From the NCBI GenBank assembly GCA_003559395.1, contig PWLL01000083.1:1-8936 (forward strand): DNA of 8,936 nucleotides, written 5' to 3'. The number at the start of each line of letters is the position of its first letter. Position 1 is the first letter of the stretch. Below are positions 5,983-8,936 of the stretch, one piece after another. Under the pieces are notes generated by a model that saw nothing but the letters and a program-made list of their open reading frames with translations, searched no databases and had not been told where the DNA came from. A program made the position numbers and the translations under genes. The stretch comes from Candidatus Iainarchaeum sp. GTDB taxonomy: Archaea > Iainarchaeota > Iainarchaeia > Iainarchaeales > CSSED10-239.

Positions 5983-7761
5983 ATGTCAAAAGATACAAGA
6001 ATAGCAATTATTGATAAAAGTAAATGTCAACCAAAGACATGTAATTTTTTATGTAAAAGACTTTGTCCTGGTGTAAGGATGGGAGAAGACACTATAACCA
6101 TTGATGAAACACAACGTCTTCCTGTTATTGATGAAGTGCTTTGTAGTGGTTGTGGAATCTGTGTTAATAGATGCCCGCAACACGCAATAAAGATAATCAA
6201 GATAGACATATCTTTTGATGAGCCTCTTCACCAGTATGGAAAAAACACCTTTAGGTTGTTTAATCTTCCAACACCTCAGAAAGGTTTTGTTTCTGGAGTT
6301 ATTGGTAAAAATGGTGTGGGAAAAACAACAGCTATTAACATTCTTTCTGGAAACTTGTTTCCAAATCTTGGAAATCATTCTGAAAAAGGAGATATTAACA
6401 AGGTGATTGACTTTTATAAAGGAAAAGATATTCAAAAACATTTTAAAGAAATTAAAGATGAAAAACTAAATGTTTCTTATAAGATACAAAAAGTAGAAGA
6501 TATTCCTAAATTGTTTGATGAAAAAATAGAAACGCTTCTTAAAAAGACTAGTAAAGACTCTAAACATCTAAAAAAAATTATTGAAAAACTTGAACTAAAA
6601 GAACTTCTTAACAAAAAAACATCTGAAGTTTCTGGTGGTGAGCTTCAACGAGTTGCGATTGCTGCTTGTTTGTTAAAGGATGCTTCTCTTTATTTTTTGG
6701 ATGAATTTTCTACATTCTTAGATATTAAACAAAAATTTAATATTGCTAGATATCTAAGAGAAACCATTTCTGAAGAAAAATCAATGATTGTAATTGAGCA
6801 CGATCTTGCAATCTTAGATTATCTAAGCGATTTTATACAGGTTATGTTTGGAAACGTTAATGCTTATGGTGTTTGTTCTGAAAAAAAGAGTACTAAAAAA
6901 GGAATTAATGAATTTTTGGATGGTTTTTTAAAAGAAGAAAATATAAGAATCAGAAACCATAGCATAAGCTTCACTTCTGTTAATGAAAAAACAACCACAA
7001 GATCAACCACCCTTATGTCTTATCCTAGCTTTAACAAAACTCTTGGCTCTTTTAAGCTATCTGTTAATGAAGGACATATTGGTGTTGGAGAAATTGTAGG
7101 TGTTTTAGGACCTAACGCTATTGGAAAAACAACTTTTATTAAAGTTCTTGCTGGAGAACTTGATTCAGATGATAAACAAATTAATTTTAATAAAAAAATA
7201 GCATATAAACCACAATATATAAAACTAAATGAAGAAAAAACAGTAAGAGAGTTGTTTTTAGAAAAAGAGGTTATTAATGATGTCTTTGAAGTAGATATTA
7301 AAAAACAACTTAACTTAGATAAGATTCTTGACCAAAAAATATCTAAGCTTAGTGGTGGAGAACTTCAAAAGGTGGCTGTCGGCTATTGTTTATGTAAGGA
7401 CGTTGATATCTACCTTATTGATGAACCTTCTGCTTTTTTGGATGTTGAGCTAAGACTAATTGTTGCTAACGTTATAAAAAACAGAGTTAACAAAAGTGGA
7501 AAGTGTGCTTTTATTGTTGATCATGATCTTTTATTTTTAGAATATATTTCTGATAAAGTTCTTTTGTTTGAAGGAGTTTGTGGAAAAGAAGGATATGCAA
7601 AAAAAATAGGAGCCATAGAAGAATCTTTTAACAATTTCTTAAAAAAAGAAGATGTAACTTTTAGACAAGACCCACAAACAAAAAGACCAAGAGCTAACAA
7701 ACCTGGGTCACAGAAAGATCAAGAGCAGAAAAAGAACAATAGTTATTATTATACAAATTAG
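5983..7761 (+). CDS. abcE1: ABCE1 / RNase L inhibitor homologue (ribosome recycling ATPase with N-terminal 2x[4Fe-4S] domain), 592 aa
   Basis: The N-terminus RIAIIDKSKC has CX4CX3CX3CP (C15, C20, C24, C28) and CX2CX2CX3CP (C54, C57, C60, C64). There are two ABC nucleotide-binding domains. Walker A motifs are GKNGVGKTT and GPNAIGKTT. Signature motifs are VSGGELQRVAIA and LSGGELQKVAV. Walker B motifs are YFLDEFS and YLIDEPS. H-loops are IEHDL and VDHDL. The conserved tail reads FRQDPQTKRPRANKPGSQKDQEQK...YYY. Confidence 0.97.
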   Translation: MSKDTRIAIIDKSKCQPKTCNFLCKRLCPGVRMGEDTITIDETQRLPVIDEVLCSGCGICVNRCPQHAIKIIKIDISFDEPLHQYGKNTFRLFNLPTPQKGFVSGVIGKNGVGKTTAINILSGNLFPNLGNHSEKGDINKVIDFYKGKDIQKHFKEIKDEKLNVSYKIQKVEDIPKLFDEKIETLLKKTSKDSKHLKKIIEKLELKELLNKKTSEVSGGELQRVAIAACLLKDASLYFLDEFSTFLDIKQKFNIARYLRETISEEKSMIVIEHDLAILDYLSDFIQVMFGNVNAYGVCSEKKSTKKGINEFLDGFLKEENIRIRNHSISFTSVNEKTTTRSTTLMSYPSFNKTLGSFKLSVNEGHIGVGEIVGVLGPNAIGKTTFIKVLAGELDSDDKQINFNKKIAYKPQYIKLNEEKTVRELFLEKEVINDVFEVDIKKQLNLDKILDQKISKLSGGELQKVAVGYCLCKDVDIYLIDEPSAFLDVELRLIVANVIKNRVNKSGKCAFIVDHDLLFLEYISDKVLLFEGVCGKEGYAKKIGAIEESFNNFLKKEDVTFRQDPQTKRPRANKPGSQKDQEQKKNNSYYYTN

Positions 7762-7768
7762 AAAAATT
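7762..7768. terminator. 7-nt spacer (AAAAATT) between convergent abcE1 and the 184-aa ORF; weak oligo-T runs on both strands
   Basis: On the plus strand, TAG is followed by AAAAATTTT. On the minus strand, TAA is followed by AATTTTTC. The runs are only T4 and T5, so a terminator function is weakly supported. Confidence 0.25.
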
Positions 7769-8323
7769 TTATGGATCTTCTGGTTCTAAAACAGAATATC
7801 CTGGAACTTCTTTTTCAAACTGAAATACAGACATATTATTATAATTTTCAACAATTATTAAAATACATTTTTCGTTTGCTACATCTTCATCTATTTGAAT
7901 TGTTTTGTCAACCATCAGTTGTTTTTTTATATTGTTAGAAAGGTTGTTTTTTTCTACAGTACATAGAATATCTATTGTTGCAGTATAATTTTCACCATCT
8001 AGATCTGTGTTAGAAAGGTCATATGAACAATTAATGTCTGTATACTTTTTTCTTTGTTCTTCAAAAAGAGCAACATAGTCATTTATTTTATTATCATAGG
8101 CAAATTTATCATTAACTCCAAAATTACAAGTGTTATCTCCAACATTTATGTTTGTAGCATCTGCTAAGGCATCAACAACAACTTCATCAACAACTAAAGC
8201 AACCTCATCAATATGGATCTGATTTTGGTTTATTACTTCTGTTGATGGAAGATCTATTGCTGGTAAAAAAAACAACATCATTATTATAATAAACAAAAAA
8301 TCAAAAAGTCCTTTATCTTGCAT
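7769..8323 (-). CDS. Hypothetical acidic secreted or membrane-anchored protein, 184 aa from ATG 8323 (187 aa if GTG 8332)
   Basis: This is a long ORF in a stop-rich AT genome. The N-terminus is MQDKG followed by LFDFLFIIIMMLFFLPAI, which could be a signal peptide, a signal anchor or a prepilin-like helix. The mature part is rich in Asp/Glu/Asn and has 4 Cys (NTCNF, INCSY, ILCTV, EKCIL). It overlaps the upstream ORF by 11 nt. I recognise no family. Confidence 0.6.
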   Translation of the reverse strand: MQDKGLFDFLFIIIMMLFFLPAIDLPSTEVINQNQIHIDEVALVVDEVVVDALADATNINVGDNTCNFGVNDKFAYDNKINDYVALFEEQRKKYTDINCSYDLSNTDLDGENYTATIDILCTVEKNNLSNNIKKQLMVDKTIQIDEDVANEKCILIIVENYNNMSVFQFEKEVPGYSVLEPEDP

Positions 8324-8588
8324 AATCTTCACAATATTTTTTTATATTTAGTTCTGATGGCTCATCTAGATCAGAGTCTTCTGCATCATAGCTCATATAT
8401 ATAGAACACCAATAATAATCACTTGTTGAACTTGTTTCTGATTCAGCAATATTTCTAGAATAACCTTTTTCTTGAGAACCAATTGTACTATAATAATCTA
8501 CAGAAAAAAACACAAGTGATAAAAACAACAAAACAACAGCTGCATAATAAACTGCAGTCAAACTAAAAATAAATCCTTTTTTGTTCAT
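8313..8588 (-). CDS. Hypothetical small protein with class III (prepilin-like) signal peptide, 91 aa from ATG 8588
   Basis: The N-terminus is MNKKG followed by FIFSLTAVYYAAVVLLFLSLVFF: a short basic n-region, a Gly, then an uninterrupted hydrophobic helix. This resembles the archaeal type IV pilin-like K/R-G-F-I-F-S-L pattern. The ATG at 8588-8586 overlaps the upstream TGA (8587-8585) as ATGA. An SD-like AGGTGTGGAG sits immediately upstream. The track start at 8597 is a GTG. There are 2 Cys, and the C-terminal half is acidic. Confidence 0.6.
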   Translation of the reverse strand: MNKKGFIFSLTAVYYAAVVLLFLSLVFFSVDYYSTIGSQEKGYSRNIAESETSSTSDYYWCSIYMSYDAEDSDLDEPSELNIKKYCEDYAR

Positions 8589-8936
8589 TTTCTCCACACC
8601 TTTAATGTCATTGTTGTTGTATCATAGTTTGCGTTTCCTATTATTCTTTGTTTATGTATGTATTTTGGTATATTTCTTCTATTAACAATAAACATCTCTT
8701 GTTTTACAATAAAATATTCTTCTACATCAGCGTCTTTATTACATTGATTACTAATATTTATTTCTTCATCAAAGCTAACAAAACAATCATAATTTCTAGG
8801 AAGTCCTAATTCTTCTTTTTTTATTTCAGAATTATTTGCTATGCAGCTTCTTAGAAGATAATGGTTATCTGCATCAAAAATATAACAATTTATGTTTGGA
8901 TTGTTTGTTAATCTATCATAAACTAAAGAACCCACT
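8585..8936 (-). CDS. Hypothetical protein, 5'-truncated by the window edge (116 codons visible)
   Basis: The reading frame is open to the window boundary. The leading M in the track is an in-frame GTG at the edge, not a supported start. The visible part is Asn/Asp/Glu-rich with 4 Cys (INCYI, RSCIA, YDCFV, NQCNK). It is translationally coupled to the downstream pilin-like ORF through the ATGA overlap. I recognise no family. Confidence 0.5.
   Translation of the reverse strand, partial: VGSLVYDRLTNNPNINCYIFDADNHYLLRSCIANNSEIKKEELGLPRNYDCFVSFDEEINISNQCNKDADVEEYFIVKQEMFIVNRRNIPKYIHKQRIIGNANYDTTTMTLKVWRK

Noticed and set aside
6027-6441. Three short ORFs (60, 130 and 63 aa) overlapping the 5' third of abcE1
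   Set aside because: All are nested in or antisense to the strongly supported ABCE1 frame, which has intact Fe-S and Walker A motifs. None has a recognisable motif or its own promoter spacing.
1-8936. Search for CRISPR arrays, tRNA or rRNA genes, IS elements or integrases, toxin-antitoxin pairs, and inteins in lonB, rfcL or PCNA
   Set aside because: No regularly spaced direct repeats and no GC-rich structured segments occur in the intergenic regions. No transposase- or integrase-like ORFs are present. The protein lengths and motif orders of LonB, RFC-L and PCNA are contiguous, with no inserted domains.

Overview
This is a very AT-rich, tightly packed archaeal window; GC looks like roughly 30% by eye and was not computed. 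About 8.5 of its 8.9 kb are coding. Positions 273-7761 hold six conserved housekeeping genes, identified from motifs I can read in the supplied translations. They are a COG2220-like metallo-beta-lactamase (MBL)-fold hydrolase, RNase Z, membrane-anchored archaeal Lon protease (LonB), the PCNA sliding clamp, the RFC large subunit (clamp loader), and the ABCE1/RLI ribosome-recycling ATPase. Spacing is minimal: an 8-nt tail-to-tail overlap, 2-nt and 7-nt spacers, and 31-144 nt intergenic regions. All five transcription-unit-leading genes have a TATA-like octamer centred about 26-27 nt upstream of the ATG, which suggests leaderless mRNAs. That spacing led me to move the LonB start to 1981 and the RFC-L start to 4736. 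The Lys/Asn/Ile-rich proteins, the compaction and the archaeal information-processing genes fit a small-genome, DPANN-like archaeon. That taxonomic placement is inference only. The only accessory-looking part is the 3' end (7769-8936, minus strand). It holds three overlapping, translationally coupled small ORFs with no family I recognise. They are acidic and Asn/Tyr-rich, each has an even number of cysteines, and two have short charged N-termini followed by a hydrophobic helix. The middle one (MNKKG/FIFSL...) looks like an archaeal class III (prepilin-type) signal peptide. I read this as a candidate pilin or surface-appendage cassette whose upstream part lies outside the window. It is the best lead here, but it is a hypothesis. 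I found no CRISPR array, tRNA or rRNA gene, transposase or integrase, or recognisable defence gene, and most of the window is ordinary core genome.
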